Assembly (NCBI RefSeq): GCF_023055435.1
Contig: NW_025963791.1
Location: 26,226,001-26,290,000, forward strand
DNA from: Haliotis rufescens
Taxonomy: Eukaryota
Length of the DNA: 64,000 nucleotides
Reading direction: 5' to 3'
Part shown: positions 27,140 through 39,110 of the stretch, piece by piece
Numbering within the stretch: position 1 is the first letter of the stretch
How the letters are laid out: every line of letters starts with the position of its first letter
The notes under the pieces: generated by a model
What the model saw: only the letters and a program-made list of their open reading frames with translations
What the model was told of the DNA's origin: nothing
Databases searched by the model: none
Program-made: the position numbers and the translations under genes

Positions 27140-27768
27140 AAGACTCCCATATCAACCCGAGACTCCCATATCAACCCGAGACTCCCATCTCAACCCGAGA
27201 CTGTCATATCAACCCGAGACTCCCATATCAACCCGAGACTATCACATGATCCCGAGGCTGTCATATCAACCCGAGACTGTCATATCAACCCTAGACTCCC
27301 ATATCAACCCGAGACTCCAATATCAACCCGAGACTCCCATATCAACCCGAGACTATCACATGATCCCGAGACTGCCATATCAACTCGAGAATCCTATATC
27401 AACCCGAGACTATCACATGATCCCGAGACTGTCATATCAACCCGAGACTCCCATATCAACCCTAGACTCCCATATCAACCCGAGACTCCCATATCAACCC
27501 GAGACTCCCATATCAACCCGAGACTATCACATGATGCCGAGACTGCCATATCAACTCGACTCCCATATCAACCTGAGACTGTCATATCAACCCGAGACTC
27601 CCATATCAACCCGAGACTATCACATGATCCCGAGACTGCCATATCAACTCGGGACTCCCATATCAACCCGAGACTGTCATATCAACCCGAGACTCCCATA
27701 TCAACCCTAGACCATATCAACCTGAGACTCCCATATCAATCCGAGACTCCCATATCAACCCGAGACTC
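27140..27768. repeat. 19-bp minisatellite (~33 copies)
   Basis: Unit gagactcccatatcaaccc with a recurring variant gagactatcacatgatccc. Confidence 0.92.
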
Positions 27769-28088
27769 TTGTTTTCATGTTTTCATAATTAACATTGTTA
27801 CTGAGTCATTTTATAAATTGACTGAATTTAGAATTGTGACATATACATATTGTTTTATTTTCAGAAATGTTCTATCAGCAAACCGTACGTATACTTAATG
27901 TAATATAATGCAGTGATACTGAAATTAAGTACGTACGTCGGTTGCTTCTGAACATATACCGAGACAAACAGAAAGGTTCGAAATCGGCATCTGTGGTATT
28001 TGTAGCATCTGACAATTCACCCAATTCTTGGACTGAGATTTAACACACCAATAACACAAACACCCTGAACAGAGGGTCTGAGGGCGTT

Positions 28089-28589
28089 ATGGGTCTCGAT
28101 CTGACTTTGTTTGTTGGCACAATAGACCCGAACCTCATCTGCAGCATCTGCAGCCAAGTGTTCGTGAACCCCGTGTCAAACTCCTGTCATCACATCTTCT
28201 GTCAGTCGTGCATCAGGAGGCGCAGCAAGTCCAGGACGTCTCGATACTGTCCGGAATGCTCAACCAAGCTCCACGCAGAGTCCTCAGAGGTATCGGTGGA
28301 GCTAAAACTGAAGCTGTTGAGGTTGAGAATCAAGTGTAACCATGGGTGTGGCATTGTTTGCGAGCTAGCGGATCTTCCCGACCACGTGGCTGATGTGTGT
28401 CCTAACGCTCCTGTTTCTTGTCCTTACAAGAACGTTGGATGTTGTAAGACTGTGAAGAGGTGCGAGGCGAGTATTCATGCTGAGGAGTGCTATCACAGGT
28501 ACGTGTTTGAACCAATTGCATTAAACGTGTCCAGAAAAAAAAAAAAAATATATATATATATCTATATATATATATATATATATATATAG

Positions 28590-28622
<33 letters not shown>

Positions 28623-31600
28623 ATATATATATTTGAACGAAAAATATGTATATATATATATTTAAACGAAATGATATGGTTATAATGTTGTAACAATTTT
28701 CTTCAGGAAGTCACGCAAGTGCATTTTAGTCTGTGAGTGTGTGAGCGAGTGAGTGAGATTGGTTTAACGCTGCTTTGTCTAGAAATTCAGTTCATATACC
28801 GCATGTCAGCTTTTTGTGGGAGGAATAAACAAAGATGCTCAGTATGTACACGTTCACCATTTTGATGAAACCATCAACCACGGGTGTGATCAAGGGTCAT
28901 AAAAAGGGCGAACCTGGGAACACGACCCAACTTTCAAGCGAATCCTGAGAAGGGACATAACTCTGCACAACGAAATATGGAACTTTCTTGGGCCAAATAT
29001 CATGCCTCCTAGTTCTCCCCCAACTACTTAACCCAAAGATATAATGCTGGGTTATTGCTAAAGGCGGCGTAAAGCCATACTGCTCACTCACCCTACTACT
29101 AAACCACCGCCCGCCCATTCCTACCGGGTCTTAACTTCGTTGGTTGGTTGGTTGGTTTGTTGTTTAACGCCGCACTCAGCAATATTCCAGCTATATGACG
29201 GCGGTCTGTAAATAAATGAGTCTGGACCAGACAATCCAGTGATTGACATCATGAGCATCGATCCACGCAATTGGGATCGATGACATGCATCAACCAAGTC
29301 AGCGATCCTGACCACCCGATCCCGTCAGTCGCCTTTTACGACAAGCATAGTCACCTTTTACGGCAAGCATGGGTTGCTGTAAACTTCGAACACATTGCAT
29401 ATTCATTATGGGTTTAAAGAAACATACACACCAATGTGTGACATTAAATTGTTCAGTTCAGTGAATAAATCTCAACCACAGTTACCCTTCCTGCAGATTT
29501 GTGGACTGCGAGGCTTGTGGGTTCCGAATTCAGTACTGTGACCTCTTCACCCACCAAAGCAAGACGCGATGCCTGGAGAAGAAGCTGAGACAACAGGTTG
29601 CGCGGGCAGCGAAATCAACCAACCTGGAGGTCCGGCGTCACCGAGACTACGTTCTACGTCAACATTTTCAACTTGAACGACATCAACGACAAGCGGTCAT
29701 GAGCCATTTCAGATCCAAGCAACAAAGCTACTTGGACAGTGTACGTTCTAAACACAATGACGACACCAGCGATGACATGTTCTCCGACTCCTCTCCACGA
29801 CCAAAGGATTCAGTTGCAGAAAACCAGTCTCTAGTTCTTAGTTTTGGCAAATCTCCTAGGCCGTCACACGCAGGGCAGAATGTCTTCACGTGTAAAAATT
29901 GCAAGAAACCATTCAGAGAAGCGGGCAACCATAGTATGGCATGTACCTACCACGCAGGGGTGAGAGTCTTTACTAAACCTACCTTCATAATTTCTTTTAA
30001 TCCTCTCACCGCTTATGCAATGTGAGTGTAAAAAAATAATTATATCACAACATGAAATTTATTGATGACGCCTTTACCAGTTCCAGTAAAAACGTCCTGT
30101 AATAGGAATAATAACTTGTCATGTTTGTGAATATTTTATGGCTTCATTCTTATTGGTTAACTTAGATCTTGGTATTTCCCAAGTAATACACGATTTACGA
30201 AAGATATTTGACTTTACTCAAGTCACTTGTTTGTTCGTGTTTTATATTAATAAATAGAGAATCTCACCACGTGTCTTTTGATATCCAATATATCAACACG
30301 AGTTGAAAAAAGTGGAAAAGGTTTTTCCACTTTTATCAACGAGTGTTGATATGTTTGATATCCAAAGACACGAGGGTGAGATTTTATTTATCATCCAACA
30401 TCATTCTTCCAACTTTTCAGTTTTAAGTGTAAAGAGTACTGCTAACAGCTTCAGTAGCAGAGCCATTAGTGATGTCATTTGATTGTGACGCCATGAAACA
30501 ATGACGTCACAATGGCCTGCAAAGCATCGTGATGCAATTTCATTGCAGCGATATCTACAATGTAGATATCGCTTGATCTCGCCCAAGCGATATCTCCTGT
30601 GGGAGCCAGTTTTGGATGATAATATAAGTTTACAACTGCTTATATCTCATGCCCATAATTATTGTCATCCCCTAGATATATGCGCGTCAGCATAGGGGTG
30701 ACTATAATTATGAGCATGGGTATATTAGTGTGGTCATGTGAGATACATATCATCTGGATGTGGACCAGGTCATAAATGCATTTATAAAAGTGTGTGATTG
30801 CAAAAGTATTGAGTACTCATTAGTTCATTAACTAAATAAGTAAAAGTGACAGTTACCGTCACTGAGTATCTCTGTTGAATGGTATATATTATTAATTAAG
30901 TGTAACGACTTAAGTCTTAAACCTACCGATTCTGAAACATTCATTTAATTTTCAGGATACATTATGGTTTTACTTACCTATTTTTTCCCAAAGCGTTTGT
31001 TGTTTTATGCTAGACATGTGGAGGACATTTCCAGATTTGACGCATCAGTGACGAAATTGATGTCCGATGCAATTCTTTGTTTTGACTCGTACCCTAAGTT
31101 CCTATGTTTTTTTAGGTGAAACATTAACTTGCCTTTGCATGTGTTTGTCAAACTGACGGGTGCCTCTAGTGGGACAGGATACGCTAAACTGTTCCTGACC
31201 ACCTGGTATCATCACTATCTGATAGTGATTCATAAACACATGCTTTATGATATGCTAGTAGTCGGAAACATCGTACAATGGACTCTGCTTTTAGCATATT
31301 TCATATGAAAATGGAAAGTGTTTTTTGTCGCTTTTATTGTAACCCGTTCCAGTTGTGAAACGTAATCGCTTTAAACTCTCTATTTTTATTACATGTAACG
31401 CCAACAGCCAGTAAGTATACTCTTTCTATTTACATTAATATTTAACATGACTTTATAACACCTCTACGAAATAAACAGAATATTTGCTTTTCCACCGAAG
31501 AATCGTAAAATATTCATTTTTCAAATTCTACCCCAAAAGACTTGGGGGTTAACATTTTGATCACATCAGTCTCTATTCTGTATGTTCATAAAAAAGTTAT

Positions 31601-34600
31601 TTTTCTAACTAATAGCCTTTGTTTTTTCATTTGATCCGCAGATTGTAAGTATATGTGTAAGTGTGCTTCTTGTGTGATACAATGTGCACCCATGTGGAAG
31701 GAGATATTCGAGGGGACATACATTTTGTTTAGCTTGTGGAACTGGCTACATGAATAACCTCTTATATCTGTGTTCATTGTGGTAAACTGAGTGGTGGGTT
31801 AGCCTAATGATTATTACGATTGCATTTCAAAACGGATATGTATGTTGCCTTCCGCGCCATGAAATACTAGTATATATTCATCGTTTATGTTTTCATCTCA
31901 CGAGCTCGCTATGTGACACTGCATGTTTTGTGTGAAATTTAGAGATTGCGACTATGGTCTCCAGGAAAACCTGCCCTTTGGACAATAGTCCCCACCACAC
32001 ACCCCCTCTCCCCACCCATATATATATGTTGAGTTGTAGATGTAGATCTGAATTAAATACTCCTCCCCCCCCCCCCCCCCCCCCCCCCCACCCCCACCCC
32101 TACCTCAAGTATTACAGGGGCACGGGTGGCCCAGTCGTCTAAGGCGCCGAGATTCGCTATGCAGAGTTGCCTCCCTTGGGCACGCCAGAAACCTATGATT
32201 GTGGGTTCGAATCCCGGTTCGCCCCGATTATGTTTCTAGGTTTGTCAGCACCATACCCGTGCTCGTGGGTTTCACCGAAGTGGTTAACATCTGAGACCTG
32301 CATCACTTCGGGCTTCCTCCCACATTAAACTGACACGCCTTGATATAACTGGAATACTGTTAAAAGCGGCGTTAAACCCTACCCACTCACTCACACAAGT
32401 ATTACAGCAAGAATCACCATACGACCACAAATATATCCCAAATTATGATCCAAAGGGACTTATTTCACACAATTTACTCCTCCTATAACATGTTTCGTAT
32501 AAGACATAAACATTACATTACATGACGTAAATATATCTCTGTGGTCCTCGAACACCTCCTTTGAAACACGTACACCAGCTTCCTTCCTACTCGGTTATGC
32601 TCACTACTGCATATATCATCTACTGTACAGCCACTGACATGTATGTATGGCATCTGGCTTGCATGAAACGGATCTTAATATATAGGTAATGTCGACATCT
32701 ATATATTTGAGAATGTATTTTATTTAATGTCCGTGTGTGCATCGGGGTAGCCTAGTGGTTAAAACATTCGCTTGTCACTCCGAGCATCCAGGTTCGATTC
32801 TCCACTTGGGTACAAAAACACGCCTGTTTCGCGTCGGGGTGTAGCTAATCATTAAAGCTGCATACAATCTAATCAGTTATGTTTGTAAATTATTATTAAT
32901 GTCACACATGCCTTAGTCAAACCATTCTACAGTTCTGAAAATAAAGATATGTAAGTAGCGTTACCTCTGATATATGTTTCGCAGTGCCACTAATGGTTTT
33001 CCTGGTCAGTGTCTGTTTTATCATGTCTCAACAGAATCTTTTGAAACCTGGCGTATTTTAACATTATTTTTCATGTTTTGTATATAATTAGTATCACCAT
33101 CAAATGCGACCCCATAAGGTAATACTAATTGTGAACTATTGGTACCAATGTTTTCTAACATTCCGAGATATACGATGGAAATCGTTGAATGGTGTATATT
33201 TATGATATTCTTCTACCTACTTGGAAAGATAGATACAATAGACTATTTCACCTTAAACAATTAATTACATATGTTTAAGATGGATAAATTTAAATCTGTC
33301 ACTCCATTTATCGAAACTACATGTACATGCCTGCTCGTTTCCATGGTGATGTTGAGATGTACTTTCCTAACAGCATGAAGTGTACACAATCATGGTTGCC
33401 GTTGTCATGGTGATTATGTCTATAAACCACACTACTGCACATGTGTAAGTGCTCGTTTCCCTATGACAGACACTATTGCACAGATGAGAGTTACTTCATG
33501 TTATTGTAATGGTGAATGTCACATTCGTTCTGTAGTGGTGAATGTCACGTGTATGTAATTTATAAGGTATGCTGTGTTATAAGAAAAGAGCTTCCATTTC
33601 AGTTTTCATTTCAGTTAAAAACAACTGATTAATTGTAACATGATATTATTATCAAGTGTTAATGTGCTTAATAACACATGAAATCATCTTTAAATAATTA
33701 AATTAATTTTTTTTCGCTGATCATTCCTTTTCTGTTCACACATTACTATTTAATTGTACATGCACACAACTATTTACTAAATACGATCAACTTTATAAGA
33801 ATATATTTTTATTTAGTGAGTATATGTTATATTATATTTAATCTGTATATTAACGCCACATAAATATGTGTAACTAAACATATAGAATCATATTTAGACT
33901 AACAAATATTTGTTCTTCCTTTTTTTCATATGGATGGGACAGATCGACGTAAGTGTATACATTTCGAGAATTAATAAAATGGTTAACTACAAAGTTACAA
34001 GAGTTATAACATGTATAAAACCTTGATAAGAGATAACATGTACACAATCTCATTGTTAACGATCTTAATCTTGTGCACAATGAAGGTTGAAAGTTTGCAC
34101 AATTTTGACATGCACATGAGGTTGTATTATAGTTGACGCGTTCATGTACTTCTCTACTATCACACCAATTGACCGACTCCGTGGTCTAGTGGATAGAGCG
34201 TCTGCCCGGAGAGCGGAAGATCGGGTTTTCGATCCCCGACCGCGTTATACCAGTAGACGTTAAAGGATGGTACTTGTTGTTACCTTGCCTGGCGCTCAGC
34301 GTTAAAAGGATAAAACAAGGACTGGTCTGCTCGGAGCATACCGAGTGGGGTATTTATGTTAAACTGCGGCATTAGTCTGGACAAGCAGCCACACACACAC
34401 ACGTCGCTATATGAGTGCAATTTCACCTCACCTAATCAGCCTAATCAAATTAGAATAAGATGTATTTTTGTTTCTTTTTCATATTGATCGATCTTGATAG
34501 CTTTTTGTAAGTATAATTTCTTCTCTTCTTGGATGTGTGTGTAACTTGAGGTAACTTTTGGACATTTCCATTTAGGACAAGTTTAATTTTCGCCATTTCT

Positions 34601-35714
34601 TTCAACCAACGAACATTATTGCATTCAGGCGTCCAATTAATGTGTGTTTTTCGTGAAACGTTTAATTTGTATTTTTGGGTCATATTATTCATTTCTGGGG
34701 GAATATGGTCGGTTCCTTCACTTCGTGACATGTTTCATGGCAAATAATAATTGGTACTTGTTTGTATTTCATGCTCTACCTACAACTGTGTTCGACAGGG
34801 TGTAAGTATTGATTGATTATTATAATAATAAAAGTAAATTGTATTACGTACATTTATAGCTTTTTACGAGTCCTTGATAAGATAACAGTTCCCATATTTG
34901 TATCATTTCTATTAACGGACATTCATCGATACAGATAATACAGAACTTACAGCTTTATTGTTTCCAAATGGCAAAAGGAATGATGGCATGTCTTCATTTA
35001 TTTTCATGATCTCGACCACCTGCGGACAAATAGGGGGTAAGTAATATGTTTTGCTATCATAATCTTAACTTGTATTGTGATTCATTCTTTAACTTTTGGC
35101 GAATTTAAATTATGTGGTATGGATAGTTCGTTACTCTGGANNNNNNNNNNNNNNNNNNNNNNNNNNNNNNNNNNNNNNNNNNNNNNNNNNNNNNNNNNNN
35201 NNNNNNNNNNNNNNNNNNNNNNNNNNNNNNNNNNNNNNNNNNNNNNNNNNNNNNNNNNNNNNNNNNNNNNNNNNNNNNNNNNNNNNNNNNNNNNNNNNNN
35301 NNNNNNNNNNNNNNNNNNNNNNNNNNNNNNNNNNNNNNNNNNNNNNNNNNNNNNTTAACGCTTGAAACTGTATTCCAGTTATATCACGACGTGACCGCTT
35401 GATGTGAGAGGAAGACCCGAAGTGATGCATGTCTCAGACGTTTACTACTTTGGTGAAACCTAGAGCACGGGTATGGTGCTGACAAACCTAGAAACATTAT
35501 CGAGGCGAACTTGCATTCGAACCTACAATCATAGATTCCTGGCGTGCCGAAGGAACGCAACTCTGTATAGCGAATTGTGGTGTCTTAGGCGCCTGGGCCA
35601 CCCGTGCCTTAAGTATGCGCATTACACACACATGAATTGCCATTGCAGACATGCTACAACTGTGGAAGGATGGACTACCAACACGGGTGTAAGACTGGAA
35701 AACACGTGTCGTGA
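28089..35714 (+). CDS. RING-HC + TRAF-type zinc-finger protein (RNF151/NRDP1-like E3 ligase), ~320 aa. Exons 28089-28498, 29497-29959, six micro-exons, 35649-35714
   Basis: MGLDLTLFVGTIDPNLICSIC...CHHIFCQSC...CPEC RING, then CNHGC...H...C and CPYKNVGC...H...C TRAF-like fingers. Phase-2 intron 28499-29496. Exon 2 ends CKNC...CTYHAG|gtgaga (phase 0). The terminal exon after tgcag reads TCYNCGRMDYQHGCKTGKHVS*. AATAAA at 36226. Confidence 0.82.
28548..28660. repeat. (TA)n/(GA)n microsatellite
   Basis: Read directly from the sequence. Confidence 0.85.
29140..29379 (-). mobile_element. SINE family D (V-SINE-like core)
   Basis: Reverse complement of gcttgtcgtaa..ggcgact core and tail tatagctggaatattgctgagtgcggcgttaaac(aacc)n. 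Confidence 0.82.
30257..30622. mobile_element. Non-autonomous palindromic dispersed element, copy 2
   Basis: Same orientation as, and similar in sequence to, 25932-26291. Confidence 0.7.
31408..31410 (+). CDS. Micro-exon 1 of the RING gene (CCA, Pro)
   Basis: ccaacag|CCA|gtaagt. Confidence 0.7.
31642..31644 (+). CDS. Micro-exon 2 of the RING gene (ATT, Ile)
   Basis: ctaac..ttttttcatttgatccgcag|ATT|gtaagt. Confidence 0.75.
32117..32395 (+). mobile_element. SINE family A
   Basis: Family A sequence; TSD caagtattaca. Confidence 0.88.
33943..33948 (+). CDS. Micro-exon 3 of the RING gene (ATCGAC, Ile-Asp)
   Basis: actaac..ttcttcctttttttcatatggatgggacag|ATCGAC|gtaagt. Confidence 0.75.
34171..34432 (+). 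mobile_element. SINE family C (internally deleted)
   Basis: tRNA head gtggtctagtgg...ttcgatccc; ggactggtc core; ttcacctcacct tail. Confidence 0.8.
34501..34506 (+). CDS. Micro-exon 4 of the RING gene (CTTTTT, Leu-Phe)
   Basis: tttctttttcatattgatcgatcttgatag|CTTTTT|gtaagt. Confidence 0.72.
34799..34801 (+). CDS. Micro-exon 5 of the RING gene (GGT, Gly)
   Basis: tttcatg...ttcgacag|GGT|gtaagt. Confidence 0.72.
35034..35036 (+). CDS. Micro-exon 6 of the RING gene (GGG, Gly)
   Basis: ttttcatg...caaatag|GGG|gtaagt. Confidence 0.7.
35356..35608 (-). mobile_element. SINE family A (diverged; its 3' end runs into the N gap)
   Basis: Reverse complement of family A. Confidence 0.8.
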
Positions 35715-36384
35715 AACAGGAACATCGTATGTTATCCTGCCAGATGTCCCTCAACTACCTTGCAAAGCACAAGTCTCATAAAACCGGAAACCTCACATTC
35801 CGAACCACAGTCATGCCAACGTATTGAAAGTCTGACACAGTTGTATTTATTGAGGACATTCGTAAATATGGGTGTCCGCACTGCAGAGGTCCCACTATGA
35901 TATTCTGTATAATAGTCAAAGGATAATCTGGGCAAGTGGCATGCTGGTCACAGTCAGGACGCTTTCTACACGCATTGTTGGACAGGACATAACTGCATCG
36001 TGTTTACCTGACTAGGAATCAGGATTTTGTCAAATAATGGTCATTGATTTGACATTACGTGTGACGTTCATTCTTGATTTTGTTGATGAAAATACGAACT
36101 TTGTCAATCTTTTCTAACATAAAGAATATGTTTGTACTGCATTTTGTTATTGTGCACAGTGAATGCTGCGCTATACAAATGCATATATTATTATTATTGT
36201 ATATCGTACAGCGTATTTGGGCACTAATAAATGATAATTTATGTTATAGATATGGCATTTACTATAGCAAGTCTATTGTGATGGGATTAAGTGGATTGAA
36301 GAATCATTTCAGGCCACACCATATATATATTTTATGTATCATATCCGGGCACAATGTATGGGTACACCATCATTGAATTGATAC

Positions 36385-36905
36385 AGATACATCCACCGGA
36401 AACTGGAGACGGAAATAGATGTCCCCTTCGTTGAATACTTTGATACTTCCACTGGGACTAGAGACGGAAATAGATGTCCCCTCCGTTGAATACTTTGACA
36501 CATCCACTGGGACTAGAGACGGAAATAGATGTCCCCTCCGTTGAATACTTTGATGCATCCACTGGGACAAGAGACGGAAATAGATGTCCCCTCCGTTGAA
36601 TGGTCAGATACATTCACTGGGACAAGATACGGAAATAGGTGTCCCCTTCGTTGAATTGTTTGATACATTCACTGGGACAAGAGACGGAAATAGATGTCCC
36701 CTTCGTTGAATGGTTTGATACATTCACTGGGACTAGATACGGAAATAGATGTCCCCTCCGTTGAATACTTTGATGCATCCACTGGGACTAGAGACGGAAA
36801 TAGATGTCCCCTTCGTTGAATGGTTTGATGCATCCACTGAGACCAGAGACGGAAATAGATGTCCCCTTCGTTGAATGGTCAGATACATCCATCGGGAGCG
36901 AGAGA
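36385..36905. repeat. 55-bp minisatellite (~9 copies)
   Basis: gagacggaaatagatgtcccc.. at 36406, 36461, 36516 and onward. Confidence 0.92.
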
Positions 36906-36972
36906 TGGAGGGAGCTGTCCCTGTTATTAAATGTATAGATGCATCCATCGAGATCGATGCTCACCTCGGCGC

Positions 36973-37999
36973 TGGCGCTGCACTGACCCAGGCAATGACT
37001 GCACAATGGCGGTCTCCACTAGACGAACAAACATGGCGGACACGTCATGTATTTACTATAGAAAAACGCTAGAACGGGTGGTTAAACTTTTTTCTAAGCA
37101 TTTTCATAAATGCTCTTGCAATGTATACGTCACGAGAATAACGTCCATTGTTACTTTTAGTGAAGGAAACTTAAGCTGTTTTTAACAGTGATATGTGCGT
37201 TATAATTTCGTGTCAGCTCACTGTTGTTTCGAAATCGTATACATAATACATGGAATTAAACGACCACGTTAATGAAATACCGTTAGCAACTTTATTTTAC
37301 CAAATTTGATGACGCAAATGTCGCCGATTATGCCCTGTTTTCTCCTATTGTAAAATGGTGGGTTTAGCGGAATTATTGAATGCCCAGTATAATAACTAAA
37401 AAAAACCAAACACTTTTGATCCGTAATAATGGTATTTAATGACAGGGTCTCTCATTGGTTGCGATGTTTGGCTTCTGGATTGTATTCACATGAAAAGCGA
37501 TTTATTTGACATTTGTTTTCTTATTACACAATGAAATTAATCATAAATAGATGTAATAATTTTGGAAAAATAATTGATTAATTCCAATCTAGTGGTCCTG
37601 AATTATGTGTGTGCTTGTAAAAATGTCAGGGCTAAATGGCATAATAATAAAGAATATGTTCATAATTTTGAATTAATTTGGTACAGTGAGCTGACACGAA
37701 ATATTAACGCACATATCACTGTTGAAAATGGGGTGTGTGTCATTGTTCACATTTCACCGATGTGACGACCACTTTCGAGTCTCAAAACAGCTTAAATAAT
37801 GTTTTCCTTCACTAAAAGTAACAATGGACGCTATTCTCGTGACGTATACATTGCAAGAGCATTTATGAAAATGCTAAGGAAACTTTTTAACCACCCGTTC
37901 TAGCGTTTTCCTATGGTAAACACATGTCGTGTCCGCCATGTTTGTTTGTCTAATGGAGGCCGCCATTGTGCAGTCATTGCCAGGGTCAGTGCAGCGCCA
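36973..37999. mobile_element. Foldback/MITE-like element with ~250-bp inverted arms
   Basis: 36973-37223 is the reverse complement of 37684-37999, with an extra ~55 bp in the right arm. Confidence 0.85.
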
Positions 38000-38000
38000 T

Positions 38001-38143
38001 CTGAGCCGACCAGTCCTTGTTTTAGCCCCTTAATGTCGAGCGCCAGACAGAGTAACAACAAGTACCACCTTTTAACGTATTTTGGTATGATGCGATCGGG
38101 GATAGAACCCCGGATCTTCCGTTGTCCGGGTGGACGCTCTACC
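38001..38143 (-). mobile_element. SINE family C, 5' fragment
   Basis: Reverse complement of ggtagagcgtcc...ggactggtcggctc. Confidence 0.75.
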
Positions 38144-38721
38144 AAAGTAAAAGAGATACATTCGTTGATGAGGTGAATACACAGGTGTACACTCATCCTT
38201 TGAAATGCTTGAAATATGAGAAGGCGAATAGTATTCTTCAAAAATTGTCACGGCATGGATCTTGGCAATCCAGTGGTTGAAAGCATGAGTAACGACCCAT
38301 GCCGTCGGGGCACTATGACACACAGTCACCCAGTCACACATTGTTATCATCCCCATCAGGCGGCCCTTATGACAAATATATCCACAAAGGAGTTTGTGTC
38401 TTTTTGGTAAGGGTGATTATACTTTAACCAAATTGCAAAATTATAAACATGAATTACAAAATTGAAGATGATTGTATACTCAAACTATTCACGTCATGAA
38501 GGTTCAACTATAAGGTAATGCATAGGCGACAGGTTATGTATGAATTATTTGCACATTCATCGCATGTGAGTTGACGAGTATATACGAAGGGAAAACTCAC
38601 ATGAGGTAAATAAGTTAAACGTTATATATAATTATTCACTACACCCTCACTGCAATGTTATAGTCATGATTGATACTTGGAGACAGCGCATTGAAGACAT
38701 GTCACACATCGCGGCTTGAGA

Positions 38722-39110
38722 CGAGAGTGAGATAAAATTTTAACATCGGCATTATTTCAGCCATGTCGTGACTTGCAAAGGGTATACATAATCAATACAT
38801 TTAAACCAGAAAAGTCTAACACAGATTGAAATTTAAAACAACCATGGAACCAAAAAATTACATCACGATACATAACAATACATTATCAAAACGGGCTATA
38901 GATCGCCAGCAGCAGACAACCTTGTTAGGAACCGTGGTGACTTACGATACTTCTGCTACCTGCACGCTTCCCCAGTAGGATTTACACCATCCCTTCAGCC
39001 GCTGGCGATTGTATGCATTTTTAGACAACCGCTGGCGATTGTAAGCAATTTTAGACAAAACTTTAAATAACAAATATTCTACTTAAAGGAGTAGTAGACA
39101 TAAATATTCT
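38722..39110 (-). mobile_element. Probable LINE 3' end / retroposon fragment
   Basis: Minus strand ends gtcacgacatggctgaaataatgccgatgttaaaattttatctcactc, resembling the SINE tails; no tRNA head seen. Confidence 0.5.

Noticed and set aside
27246-27710. 154-aa repetitive ORF, plus similar ORFs at 20871 and 48595
   Set aside because: Minisatellite translations with no splice or start context.
33445-33450. GTAAGT within the micro-exon region
   Set aside because: No nearby upstream AG or pyrimidine tract; treated as background.
35077-35430. ORFs spanning N runs (also 10311-10580)
   Set aside because: Assembly-gap artefacts.
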